64,000 bases of DNA, from NCBI GenBank assembly GCA_024277375.1, contig JAJRVD010000053.1, positions 8,680 to 72,679 on the forward strand. Direction: 5' to 3'. The DNA is from Candidatus Omnitrophota bacterium. GTDB lineage: Bacteria; Omnitrophota; Gorgyraeia; Tantalellales; Tantalellaceae. The stretch's first letter is position 1. Each line of letters starts with the position of its first letter. The notes under the pieces were generated by a model. The model was not told where the DNA came from. It did no database searches and worked only from the letters and a program-made list of their open reading frames with translations. This document shows positions 17,128-26,447 of this stretch, piece by piece. The translations under genes and the position numbers were made by a program.

Positions 17128-19881
17128 ATGAAATTACCAAATAAATCCATATATGTGGTTGGGTTCGTCAATATAGTCATAACTTTTCTTTTGGTGCTTT
17201 TTGTTGTAAATCTCTTGTTCTCAGGGGTTCTGGGGGAAGATATGGCGAGACGGCTAAGGAATGAGTATATTGAGCCGATATTAAGGAAGATAGATGTATC
17301 TTACCTTCTTTTTAACCAGACAGTTTCAAAACTTCCTGTATATGAGATCACGATATCGGCTAAAAAATACAGAAAACTACTCGCTGCCAGGGACGAAAAA
17401 CTTAAGGACAGGTTTTATAAGTTCCCTTACGTTAAAGCAAAGTTCGCCTACGAGGGTAAGGAATATGATGTTAAGGTGAAACTGAGAGGCCTTTTCCCTA
17501 ACCACTGGATGGAGGACAAGAAGTCCTGGCGGGTTAAATTTCCCAAAGAAAATCTTTTCAATGGCAAAAGACGTATCAATCTGATAATCCCGGCCGATAG
17601 GGACTACATTAAGGAATATCTGGCCTACTACACCGCACGTAAATTCGGTATCATTGCACCTGAAAGCAGGTTCGTTATTTTGAGTATCAATGGTCGTTCG
17701 CAGGGCGTTTATTTTGAAGTGGAACAGATGGGAAAAGAGTTCTTGGCTCATAATTTTCAGTCTGAGGATACGGATCTATATTACGGTGAAGACAGCAGTT
17801 TTGAGACGAATATATTCCAAAATTTAGTCTCCTGGGAAAAAATACGATCAGGGAAAAATTCTGACTTTGAAAATTACGCGAATATTGATAAATTGCTGGA
17901 CATAATGAGCCAGAGTGATGAAGAGTTTTATAGGCAGATCCCACAACTAGTGAACGTAGAAAAGATATTAAAATGGAACGCGAACTCAATGCTTTATTTC
18001 GATTATCATCAGGATAACAGACATAATGTTCGATTGTTCTTTTCGGCGGTGACGGGTCTATTTGAGCCGCTCATATGGGATTGTTCTCATCCGCTCTTTG
18101 ACTCGAAGATAGATCGGCTTTATAATGATCTGGTTACGCGCATTTTGAAGGATCCGGCTTATTTGTACAGGCGCAATGAAATATTGTGGAACTATGTCGG
18201 CGATCCTGATAATCTTGCTGATGATCTTAAGTTCTTCGACCGTACGTACGGTGACATCAAAATGGCTTTTCTGGCGGATTCATTGAAAAACATATCCAAT
18301 ACGCGTTTTGTGTACGTAATGCGCCGGATCCGAGAGGACGTAGGAAAATATTACAGTGAGATAAAGAAACAATTGAATAAAAGTTGGGCACATGCCGTAA
18401 TTTACTACAATACTCCTGATCCCGCGGTGTTCGCTCGTCTCAAGATATCAAGCGGAGGGTTTAGCGCCTCAAGTCTTGACCGAATAGAGGTTGACGACAC
18501 CGGGGAGTATGAACTTTATTATGACGCGGATAGTGACGGAGTTTTTGATGGAACGGACACCTTTTTGGGGAAATTGGAATTGAAAGACAATAGTGTTGTC
18601 CTGGATGATATCGATTTTACGCTTTTTTCGGGTAAGATCGTAAATGAGGGGTTTCTTTTACCAAAATCGGAGGATTATATATTCTTTTTGATAAGTCGAG
18701 AAGGGATCTCGACGGGGTATCGTGGCATAAAATTAAAAGCAAGTAATGCCGTGACAGAGGAAGATATTAAACCCGGAATAAGGGCTGTGGATGATTCTAA
18801 TTTTAAATATTTCGACCTAATATCTTCTTCTTCCGGGGAGTTCGTGAAACGATATCCATTTGTGAAGGTGGATCAGGGGAAAGGCCATTTTGTGGTGACT
18901 CAAGGTGAATATTTTATTGATGATATCGTAATCGTTCCGAGGGGGATAACGCTTAAAATAGATCCCGGAGTTGTTCTTAATTTCGCGCCGAAAGTTTCGT
19001 TTATTTCTTATGGAAAAGTTTTGGCGCGCGGCATAAAAGAGCTTCCCGTAGTCTTTAAAGCGAAGGATCAGGGAGAAAACTGGGGCATTTTTTCTGTGAT
19101 AGGGGACGGAGCGAATGGGAGTGTGTTTTCTAATGTTCAGGTAAAAGGCGCTTCGGAAGAGTTTATGAATGGGGTTCGATTTAGCGGTGCTTTGGCGATA
19201 CACGGAGCGGAAGCTCTCGTTGCGGATTGCGTTTTTGAGGACAATAACGGCGATGATGCTCTTAATGTCAAAGGATCCAAGGCAGAGATCGTTTCTTCTG
19301 TTTTTAGAAATAACAAAGCAGACGCGATAGATCTTGATTTTGTTCCCGGCGGTGTCGTCGGTGAGTGCCTTTTTGAAGAGAATGGGAATGATTACATAGA
19401 TATGGGGTCGTCATCCGTGATCATCAGGAATAATACTATAATCGACAGCGGGGATAAGGGTATTAGTTGCGGGGAGAAGTCGAGTTCCGTTATTTTTAAT
19501 AATCGCGTTTCAGGGTGTAATATAGGGGTTGCCGCAAAAGATAATTCAGAGGTTATTGTGATCAATTGCGACATTGTAAATAACAAAAAGGGTATTTCTT
19601 CCTACATGAAGAAACCTTTATGGCAAAAAGCCGGTACCGTTCAGGTATACAATTCTATTTTAGACAATTATCAGGAGTTGGAAATACTTGATAGCTCGGG
19701 AACAATAACAGTAGAGAATTCTTTTATCTCAGACGAAAAGTATCAGGATAAAAAGAAAAAGGTCTGGTTCGGGAAAGGGCGGCAAACGGAGAGGATGAAA
19801 GATCTTCCGGCGGATACTGACATTGTTATGAAATATTTTCCTGATGTGGATAAGAGAAAATTACGCTTGGGAGTGTTTTGA
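17128..19881 (+). CDS. CotH kinase-family protein with N-terminal TM anchor and C-terminal right-handed parallel beta-helix
   Basis: CotH core: KKSWRVKF ... INLIIPADRDYIKEYLAYYTARKFGIIAPESRFVILSINGRSQGVYFEVEQMGKEFL ... DLYYGE ... WD. The C-terminal ~300 aa contain repeated beta-helix rungs (NNGDDALNV, NKADAIDLD, NGNDYIDMG, GDKGISCG, NIGVAAKDNS). Confidence 0.75.
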   Translation: MKLPNKSIYVVGFVNIVITFLLVLFVVNLLFSGVLGEDMARRLRNEYIEPILRKIDVSYLLFNQTVSKLPVYEITISAKKYRKLLAARDEKLKDRFYKFPYVKAKFAYEGKEYDVKVKLRGLFPNHWMEDKKSWRVKFPKENLFNGKRRINLIIPADRDYIKEYLAYYTARKFGIIAPESRFVILSINGRSQGVYFEVEQMGKEFLAHNFQSEDTDLYYGEDSSFETNIFQNLVSWEKIRSGKNSDFENYANIDKLLDIMSQSDEEFYRQIPQLVNVEKILKWNANSMLYFDYHQDNRHNVRLFFSAVTGLFEPLIWDCSHPLFDSKIDRLYNDLVTRILKDPAYLYRRNEILWNYVGDPDNLADDLKFFDRTYGDIKMAFLADSLKNISNTRFVYVMRRIREDVGKYYSEIKKQLNKSWAHAVIYYNTPDPAVFARLKISSGGFSASSLDRIEVDDTGEYELYYDADSDGVFDGTDTFLGKLELKDNSVVLDDIDFTLFSGKIVNEGFLLPKSEDYIFFLISREGISTGYRGIKLKASNAVTEEDIKPGIRAVDDSNFKYFDLISSSSGEFVKRYPFVKVDQGKGHFVVTQGEYFIDDIVIVPRGITLKIDPGVVLNFAPKVSFISYGKVLARGIKELPVVFKAKDQGENWGIFSVIGDGANGSVFSNVQVKGASEEFMNGVRFSGALAIHGAEALVADCVFEDNNGDDALNVKGSKAEIVSSVFRNNKADAIDLDFVPGGVVGECLFEENGNDYIDMGSSSVIIRNNTIIDSGDKGISCGEKSSSVIFNNRVSGCNIGVAAKDNSEVIVINCDIVNNKKGISSYMKKPLWQKAGTVQVYNSILDNYQELEILDSSGTITVENSFISDEKYQDKKKKVWFGKGRQTERMKDLPADTDIVMKYFPDVDKRKLRLGVF

Positions 19882-19882
19882 G

Positions 19883-20617
19883 ATGGTTGAGAAATTCCAC
19901 TTTCACAGGTTTGAGTTTAAGTATTTGGTAGATAGAAAGACGAAAGAAAATCTGTTGAAAGATCTCCTTGACTTTATGGATTTTGATATACCTGGTAGTT
20001 CAAATAATGCTTACTACGATGTTTTGAATTTGTATATGGATTCGCAGGATCTGAGATTCTACAGGGAAAAGATAGATGGCCTTATGTTCAGGAGAAAAAT
20101 GAGGTTTCGTTTTTACACTTCAAATCCAGAGGAGAACACGCACGTATTTGCCGAGATAAAAAGAAAAAGAAATATGACGATCATAAAGGACAGGATAAGA
20201 TTGTCTTATGAAGACGCGCTGAACATCGCTATGAGGTCTTTTTCTGGGATCGTGAGGAAGCTGGACAGTTTCGGGGCTCAGGAAAGAGATATTCTGTCGG
20301 AATTTTTGTTTGAGGTTATGAAATGCAGGTTGTCCAGCAGATTATGGGTGAATTATAAAAGAACAGCGCTTGCCGCTAAAAAATTTCCCAGATTACGTGT
20401 TACATTTGATGATGATATTTTCTCTACCATAGCGAGGGATGGATTTGGATTTAACCTTAAGAGAAACCCTCGCCGGATATTTTCGAATAGATCGATCTTT
20501 GAGGTTAAATACAATGGTACGCTCCCGTACTGGATCCATGGACTAATACGCAAATACCAGTTGTTCAGGGAACCGATATCGAAATATTGTAATGCCGTAG
20601 AAAATCTTTTGTATTGA
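19883..20617 (+). CDS. VTC-domain (CYTH-like, polyphosphate-polymerase-type) protein
   Basis: Size (~245 aa), basic-rich composition and an N-terminal FEFKY strand resemble bacterial VTC-domain proteins. Start/stop overlap with the CotH gene. Called from memory of the family. Confidence 0.5.
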   Translation: MVEKFHFHRFEFKYLVDRKTKENLLKDLLDFMDFDIPGSSNNAYYDVLNLYMDSQDLRFYREKIDGLMFRRKMRFRFYTSNPEENTHVFAEIKRKRNMTIIKDRIRLSYEDALNIAMRSFSGIVRKLDSFGAQERDILSEFLFEVMKCRLSSRLWVNYKRTALAAKKFPRLRVTFDDDIFSTIARDGFGFNLKRNPRRIFSNRSIFEVKYNGTLPYWIHGLIRKYQLFREPISKYCNAVENLLY

Positions 20618-20707
20618 TGAATTCGCGGAGGAAATTGTCCTCCGGTGTACTGACAACAACTAAAAGTTCTTTGTGATCTCTGTGGTTGAAAAAAAAGGAG
20701 AAGGAAG

Positions 20708-21391
20708 ATGTTTGATGATTTAGGCAACTTGTTCACTAGTAAGACGGACTATGCTCCGGCGGCAATATTTGTAAATCTGTTAATAGCTTTTTTGTTAAGT
20801 GTTGTAGTGGCACTTTCGTATAAAAAGAATCATAAAGGATTATCATATTCCCAGTCTTTGATATTTTCTTTTATTCTGTTAAGCGTTACGACCTCATGCG
20901 TTATAATGGTTATCGGCAATAGTTTGGCCAGGGCGTTCGGACTGGTCGGGGCGCTGTCCATTATAAGGTTCAGGACCGTTGTTAAGGATACGAAGGATAC
21001 GGCATATGTGTTTTTCGCCCTTGCCATAGGAATGGCATCAGGGACAGGAGCCTATACTATCGCTGTATTGTCTACGCTAATGTTCGTCGCGGTCGATACT
21101 ATACTTACCATGACCAATTTTGGGTCTATACGAAAACATGAGTATATAGTCAGGTTCACATTTAATCCCCAGACCCAGACAGATGATGCCTACAAAGACG
21201 TATTCGATAGGTTTTTGAATTATTCACATCTGGTGGACATGACTGTTATGAGTAACGATGCGATAGAGTACAGTTACAATATCCAGCTTAAAAAAGAGAT
21301 GCAGCTTAATGTGTTTGTAGATGAGTTGAAACGGGTCGAAGGGTTGACCGCCATTAATGTTGTTACCGCTAAAATGGATGTAGAATACTGA
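20708..21391 (+). CDS. Polytopic membrane protein, DUF4956-like
   Basis: 227 aa with 4-5 TM segments and a conserved-looking ARAFGLVGALSIIRFRT...KDT..Y.FFALAIGMASGTGAY core. Position is after CotH and VTC. Confidence 0.45.
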   Translation: MFDDLGNLFTSKTDYAPAAIFVNLLIAFLLSVVVALSYKKNHKGLSYSQSLIFSFILLSVTTSCVIMVIGNSLARAFGLVGALSIIRFRTVVKDTKDTAYVFFALAIGMASGTGAYTIAVLSTLMFVAVDTILTMTNFGSIRKHEYIVRFTFNPQTQTDDAYKDVFDRFLNYSHLVDMTVMSNDAIEYSYNIQLKKEMQLNVFVDELKRVEGLTAINVVTAKMDVEY

Positions 21392-21483
21392 TCCTCGGGT
21401 AGTTAATAAAGGCCTAACAAAATCTAGTTCAAAAAACTCAATAAAGGGTTGTTTCCGCAGCCACTTTAGGGGGTATATTTTTT

Positions 21484-22928
21484 ATGTTATTTAATTCCTT
21501 GGGGTTTTTGGTATTTTTTCCAATAACGGTGATCGCTTATTTCATGATAGCTCAGCGTTATCGGTGGATTTTCTTGCTTGCGGCAAGTTATTATTTCTAT
21601 ATGTGCTGGAAGCCGGAATACATTGTATTGATCATAGCGTCGACATTGATCGATTATTTCGCCGGGATAAAAATGGGGGAGATACAGGTCAAGGCGAAGC
21701 GTAAGAAGTTTATGGCGCTAAGCTTGGTCACGAATTTAGGGTTGTTATTCGCGTTTAAATATTTTAATTTTTTTAACGATTCCGCCAGGACTATTTTTGA
21801 CCATTTCAATATATTCTATGGTGTCCCGGCGTTCAAAGTACTCCTTCCCGTAGGTATATCTTTTTATACTTTTCAGACCTTGAGTTACTCTTTTGATGTT
21901 TACAGAGGAAAAAAGGATCCGGAGAAGCATCTGGGTATCTTTGCCCTGTATGTCTCCTTTTCCCGCAGCTGGTGGCCGGGCCTATCGAAAGATCAACGCA
22001 TCTTCTGCCACAATTCCGTCAAACGCATAAATTCGAATATCGAAGAGTTACAGACGGAATAAAACTGATGATGTGGGGGTTTTTTAAAAAGATCGTGATC
22101 GCCGATAGGTTGGCTGTAATGGTCAATCATGTGTATAACTCTCCGTCTGATTATAACGGCATATCTCTTATAGTAGCTACTTATTTTTTTGCTTTTCAAA
22201 TATATTGCGATTTTTCAGGATATTCTGATATCGCTATAGGAGCCGCCCAGGTTTTCGGTTTTGACCTGATGAATAATTTTAACCGCCCATATTTCTCGAA
22301 AAACATAGTTGAGTTCTGGAAACGATGGCACATATCGCTTTCGACCTGGTTCAGGGATTATTTCTATATACCGTTAGGCGGTAACAGGGTATCTAAATAC
22401 AGGTGGGCGGTGAATATACTGGTAGTGTTTATCGTAAGCGGCCTGTGGCACGGGGCCAATTGGACTTTTGTGCTATGGGGAATGTTGCACGGGCTGTATT
22501 TTTTGGTATCCTCTAAGACCAAGGCGGCACGGGCTAAAATATCTAGTTTTTTTCGTTTAAACAGATACCCTCTGATCCGGAAATATTTGCAAGTCTTTAT
22601 AACTTTTCATCTAGTCCTGTTTGCCTGGATATTTTTCAGGGCTAACTCTTTACCTGATGCTCTATATATAGTTGGGCATTTGTTCTCAAGCGATCCTTCT
22701 AAGATAAATAGCCTATGGGTGGGGTTGGATAGAACTGAATTCATTATCGCGATATCTTCTATACTTTTTATGGAATTTGTTCATATAATACAGCGGCACA
22801 GCGGGATCAGGCACCTTTTGGCCGAAAGACCCGCATGGCTCAGGTGGACGGTTTATTTTCTTTTGCTGATAAGTATCTTTTTGTTTGGAGAATTCGGTAA
22901 AAACGAATTTATTTATTTTCAGTTTTAA
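21484..22928 (+). pseudogene. MBOAT-family O-acyltransferase (AlgI/DltB-like) with a -1 frameshift in a T-run near 21958..21961 (or a sequencing error)
   Basis: ORF 21484..22062 carries the MBOAT N-terminal half (ISFYTFQTLSYSFDVYRG ... FALYVSF). ORF 21972..22928 continues in another frame with the expected FPQLVAGPIER ... LMMWGFFKKIVIADRLA. Five T's would restore VSFFPQLVAGP. Confidence 0.7.
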
Positions 22929-22937
22929 TGAATGGTT

Positions 22938-24998
22938 TTATGCGTGAACTACCTGGCGAAAAAGATCTCGTTCGTTCATGTATTCAACCATTTTTCTGAG
23001 TGTTTGATTGATGTCTTCCGCTTTGTACTGTGCGTAAAGCTTTGCCAGTTTTGATTTTTGCTCTTCGGGAAAAAGAAAATCAATTTCGGTTCCGGATGTG
23101 AGGTATTCGGACAAGGTCTTCTGGTAAGAGTCTTCCTTCCATTTTAAAATATCGTATTCGAAGGCTTTCTTTTTTGATACGGCTAGATTTTCGAATCCTT
23201 TTGAAAAATCCACGAATCTGTTCTTTGTGTATTTAATTATCTCATTGAGCTGTGTTTTGCGGGCATTGTCATATTTATCATGTTCTTTCAATAAGATAGA
23301 AGTTGTTTCAAAAAGATATTGATCGAAAACTTCCCTGCATTCTAAGAGTATTTTGTAGGTGTACTTGTAATTTAGCTTTCCGAACCCGCCCTTGCAGATC
23401 AATTTGAAATTTTCAGGTTTTGAATAGTGGTCAACAAGATCTTTTTCAGAGTCAAACCATTCGTCGTGCGCGTCGGTCATGAAATTGTCAAAAAGTTCTT
23501 TTATCAGAGGAGGGGCCGACGAAGTATTATCAATGACGGATAAGATCAGATCCATTGGATTTATATGTTCGTTTTTTAAAAAGTGAAGCAATTCTTCGTA
23601 GTATTTATAGTTCCAGAGGAACTGTATGAGAAAATGAATAGGGCGAAAATAAAGGATATCATCTGTTGTCATCGAGTCGGTCTCGAGAACCATTTCTTCA
23701 TGTTCGATCGAAACGATATCATCATATTTTCCGAATCCACCGTCGATAAGTCTGTATTTTGTTTTAATACCAAATTTTTTACGGTTTTCCCGGGTGTTTA
23801 ACGTGCTCCCGCCTATCATCCTGAGGTTGTAACAGAAAATAGCCGGAGCGTTAAAATCGAATAGATCTTTGAGTCCGTCACGGTGGGATGCTTTAGTTTC
23901 TCCAGGTAGCGCAAGGATGAGTTCCGACGATGTTGAGATGTTCTTGCTTCTGAAGTAATCTTGTAGGTCCCTGAATTCGTCAAGGCTAAGATTAGTTCTT
24001 TTAATGTTTTTTGTGACCAGAGGATCTAATGATTGGAAAGATCCGAAAGTACTTGTTACACCGAAGATATCTTTCAGTATCTCCACCATTTTCATCATAC
24101 GTTTGGTACCGCTTTTTGCCCAGGCTACGAATATGTTGCGGGGGTAGCCATGTTTGTTCATTGTGGTCCTGATGAATTTTGCGATTTCGACATCTCTTTC
24201 CAGTATTCCGAAATTCGCGTCACCCATCATAAGCATATCTGTGTTTTTGATCCTTTTTGCTATATATTCAATTTCCCGTGTTATCCTTTCCAGGGAAAAT
24301 TGGTAGATCTTTTTTTGTGTGGATCTTCCCCAGGCGCAATATGTGCAGAGATAAGGGCATCCTCTATTCGTCTCGATCAGCGGATTCAGGTTGTCATCAA
24401 AGAACTCATCCATAATACCCTCAAGGTAGGGGGAGGGTATCTCGTTGATGTTTTCTATGAAGTCATTTTTGTCTGAGGTGACGGAGATGTTGTTGTTCCT
24501 GTCGTAAAATACACAATTTTGTACAGGCGAACTTTTCATATCTTTGATCGAGCCTGAGTCGAAAAATCTTTCCAGTATGTTTGTGAAACCTTTTTCACCC
24601 TGATCTATAACATGGAAGTCCAAGTCAGGACGGGTTTTTAAGTAAGAACTGTATTCATCGGGGGCGGATGGAAGGTCCGGCCCTCCAAAGACGGTAACAA
24701 TGTCCTTGGATAATGATTTGACCCAGGAGGTTATCTTGCGGTTTATATCCAGATTCCATGTATAGTTACTCATGCCGATAATGTGGGGGGTTTGCTCTTT
24801 GATGGCATCAAGGAGGTCCTGTGGATACTTGAATAACTTTATATGAAGTTTTTCGCCGTATATCTTTTTGGCGTAAGCGGTTATATAGCCTATGTTGATG
24901 GGAAAAGTATGGGGTCCCTTGGCAGTATAGTTATGGACCAGGTCCGCAAGGTATATAACGCATTTCTTATTGTTCTTGGGAATTAACATAACCTTCAC
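22938..24998 (-). CDS. Cobalamin (B12)-binding radical SAM protein (class B)
   Basis: N-terminal B12-binding-like domain. CPYLCTYC (Cx3Cx2C). 686 aa with a long C-terminal extension. It is the only large minus-strand gene. Confidence 0.75.
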   Translation of the reverse strand: MKVMLIPKNNKKCVIYLADLVHNYTAKGPHTFPINIGYITAYAKKIYGEKLHIKLFKYPQDLLDAIKEQTPHIIGMSNYTWNLDINRKITSWVKSLSKDIVTVFGGPDLPSAPDEYSSYLKTRPDLDFHVIDQGEKGFTNILERFFDSGSIKDMKSSPVQNCVFYDRNNNISVTSDKNDFIENINEIPSPYLEGIMDEFFDDNLNPLIETNRGCPYLCTYCAWGRSTQKKIYQFSLERITREIEYIAKRIKNTDMLMMGDANFGILERDVEIAKFIRTTMNKHGYPRNIFVAWAKSGTKRMMKMVEILKDIFGVTSTFGSFQSLDPLVTKNIKRTNLSLDEFRDLQDYFRSKNISTSSELILALPGETKASHRDGLKDLFDFNAPAIFCYNLRMIGGSTLNTRENRKKFGIKTKYRLIDGGFGKYDDIVSIEHEEMVLETDSMTTDDILYFRPIHFLIQFLWNYKYYEELLHFLKNEHINPMDLILSVIDNTSSAPPLIKELFDNFMTDAHDEWFDSEKDLVDHYSKPENFKLICKGGFGKLNYKYTYKILLECREVFDQYLFETTSILLKEHDKYDNARKTQLNEIIKYTKNRFVDFSKGFENLAVSKKKAFEYDILKWKEDSYQKTLSEYLTSGTEIDFLFPEEQKSKLAKLYAQYKAEDINQTLRKMVEYMNERDLFRQVVHA

Positions 24999-25093
24999 TC
25001 TAACAGAAAAACTCTATTTTATCAAGGAAAAATATAGCCGCATTTGGCATCTAGTGACCACTGATGACATCTAATGACCGAGGGAGAAACCTG

Positions 25094-25121
25094 TTGATAA
25101 TATGCACTATCTTGATATAAT
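25094..25121 (+). promoter_or_regulatory. Sigma70-like promoter (TTGATA, 16-nt spacer, TATAAT) in the divergent intergenic region
   Basis: -35 TTGATA at 25094..25099 and -10 TATAAT at 25116..25121, about 50 nt upstream of ATG 25171 with RBS aaggggga. Confidence 0.35.
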
Positions 25122-25170
25122 ATCACTGATGTACTATGAGTTATGTGTTGTTTAATCTATAAGGGGGAAC

Positions 25171-25446
25171 ATGGAGATCAAATCTAACGAGGTATACACT
25201 ACTCAGGAAGTTCAGGAACTGCTGAAGGTAAGCTCCAGCACAACTATGCGCCTTATAAAGAAGGGCATTATCCGTACCGCGAAAGTGGGCAAACAGTACC
25301 GGGTATTGGGGAAGGAACTACTCAGGCTTGTTTCTCCTGAATTGGAGGACAAGGTCGGAAAAGTGTATAACAAGGGCCGTCATTGGCTCCATGAAGGTGT
25401 AGTCGAGGAAGATTCGGACTCAAACACACAAAACAGGAAGAGGTAG
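25171..25446 (+). CDS. Small helix-turn-helix DNA-binding protein (excisionase/MerR-like HTH)
   Basis: YTTQEVQELLKVSSSTTMRLIKKGIIRTAKVGKQYRV is a typical HTH_17-like DNA-binding segment. It is the first gene of the long + operon. Confidence 0.55.
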   Translation: MEIKSNEVYTTQEVQELLKVSSSTTMRLIKKGIIRTAKVGKQYRVLGKELLRLVSPELEDKVGKVYNKGRHWLHEGVVEEDSDSNTQNRKR

Positions 25447-25448
25447 AC

Positions 25449-26447
25449 ATGGCAAAAATTCTTATTACCGGTGGTGCGGGATATATTGGAAATGTCATTA
25501 GCAGTGTGGCGTTGCAAAATGGTCATAATGTGAGGGCTATTGACCTTTTATGGTTTGAAAAAGACATTCCGATGGTTCACATGTCCAATCCGTCATATGA
25601 ATTCACAAGGGGTGACATATGTGATGAAGATCTTGTAAATAAAATGTTGGAAGGCGTAGATTTTGTTATTCATACAGCCGCGATCGTTGGAGAACCTGCC
25701 ACAAAAAAATTTCCGGACCTAACAAAAAAAATAAATCAGGATGCTTCTCTGAGTCTTATCAAAAAGGCCGGAGGAGCCGGGGTGAAGGGTCTTATCTTTT
25801 TATCTACCTGTTCCAATTACGGGATAGCAGATGGTATCGCGACCGAAGATACGACTTTGCAGCCGCTTTCACCTTATTCGGAAACAAAAGTAAATGTTGA
25901 GAAGTATTTGATGAATGAGGTTAAAGGTCTTGATTGGGTTATATGCAGGCTTTCTACCGTATACGGAGTTTCGCCAAGAATGAGATTTGATCTGACAGTA
26001 AACGATTTCACGATGAATGCCTATGTTAACAAGTATCTGGACGTTTTTATGCCTCGTTCATATCGTCCATATGTACACGTTTTTGATGTTGCCAGGGTAT
26101 TGATGAATGTTATCGGAAGTTTTGAGCAAGTTAAAAACAATGTATTTAATGTTGGATTTGAGGGCGAAAATTATCAAAAAATACAGATAGCCGATATGGT
26201 TAAGAAATATATACCGGATATTAAGATAGATATTGTTGAAAAAGGTACGGACCTCAGGGATTATCAAGTAGATTTTTCAAAGCTGAAGAAGTATTTTGAT
26301 CTGGAAAAGACCCATATCGTGGAAGATGGGGTCAAAGAAGTTGTGAATTTATTGGAGATGGGGCTTGTGGCCGATCCCCTGGATAGCAGTTATTATAATA
26401 CTACCCCTGATATCGGAGACGGAGAACAAAATGCGACTAGAACTTGA
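25449..26447 (+). CDS. NAD-dependent epimerase/dehydratase (SDR). Candidate nucleotide-sugar 4,6-dehydratase of the nonulosonate pathway.
   Basis: ILITGGAGYIGN Rossmann motif and SPYSETK (YxxxK). Confidence 0.65.
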   Translation: MAKILITGGAGYIGNVISSVALQNGHNVRAIDLLWFEKDIPMVHMSNPSYEFTRGDICDEDLVNKMLEGVDFVIHTAAIVGEPATKKFPDLTKKINQDASLSLIKKAGGAGVKGLIFLSTCSNYGIADGIATEDTTLQPLSPYSETKVNVEKYLMNEVKGLDWVICRLSTVYGVSPRMRFDLTVNDFTMNAYVNKYLDVFMPRSYRPYVHVFDVARVLMNVIGSFEQVKNNVFNVGFEGENYQKIQIADMVKKYIPDIKIDIVEKGTDLRDYQVDFSKLKKYFDLEKTHIVEDGVKEVVNLLEMGLVADPLDSSYYNTTPDIGDGEQNATRT

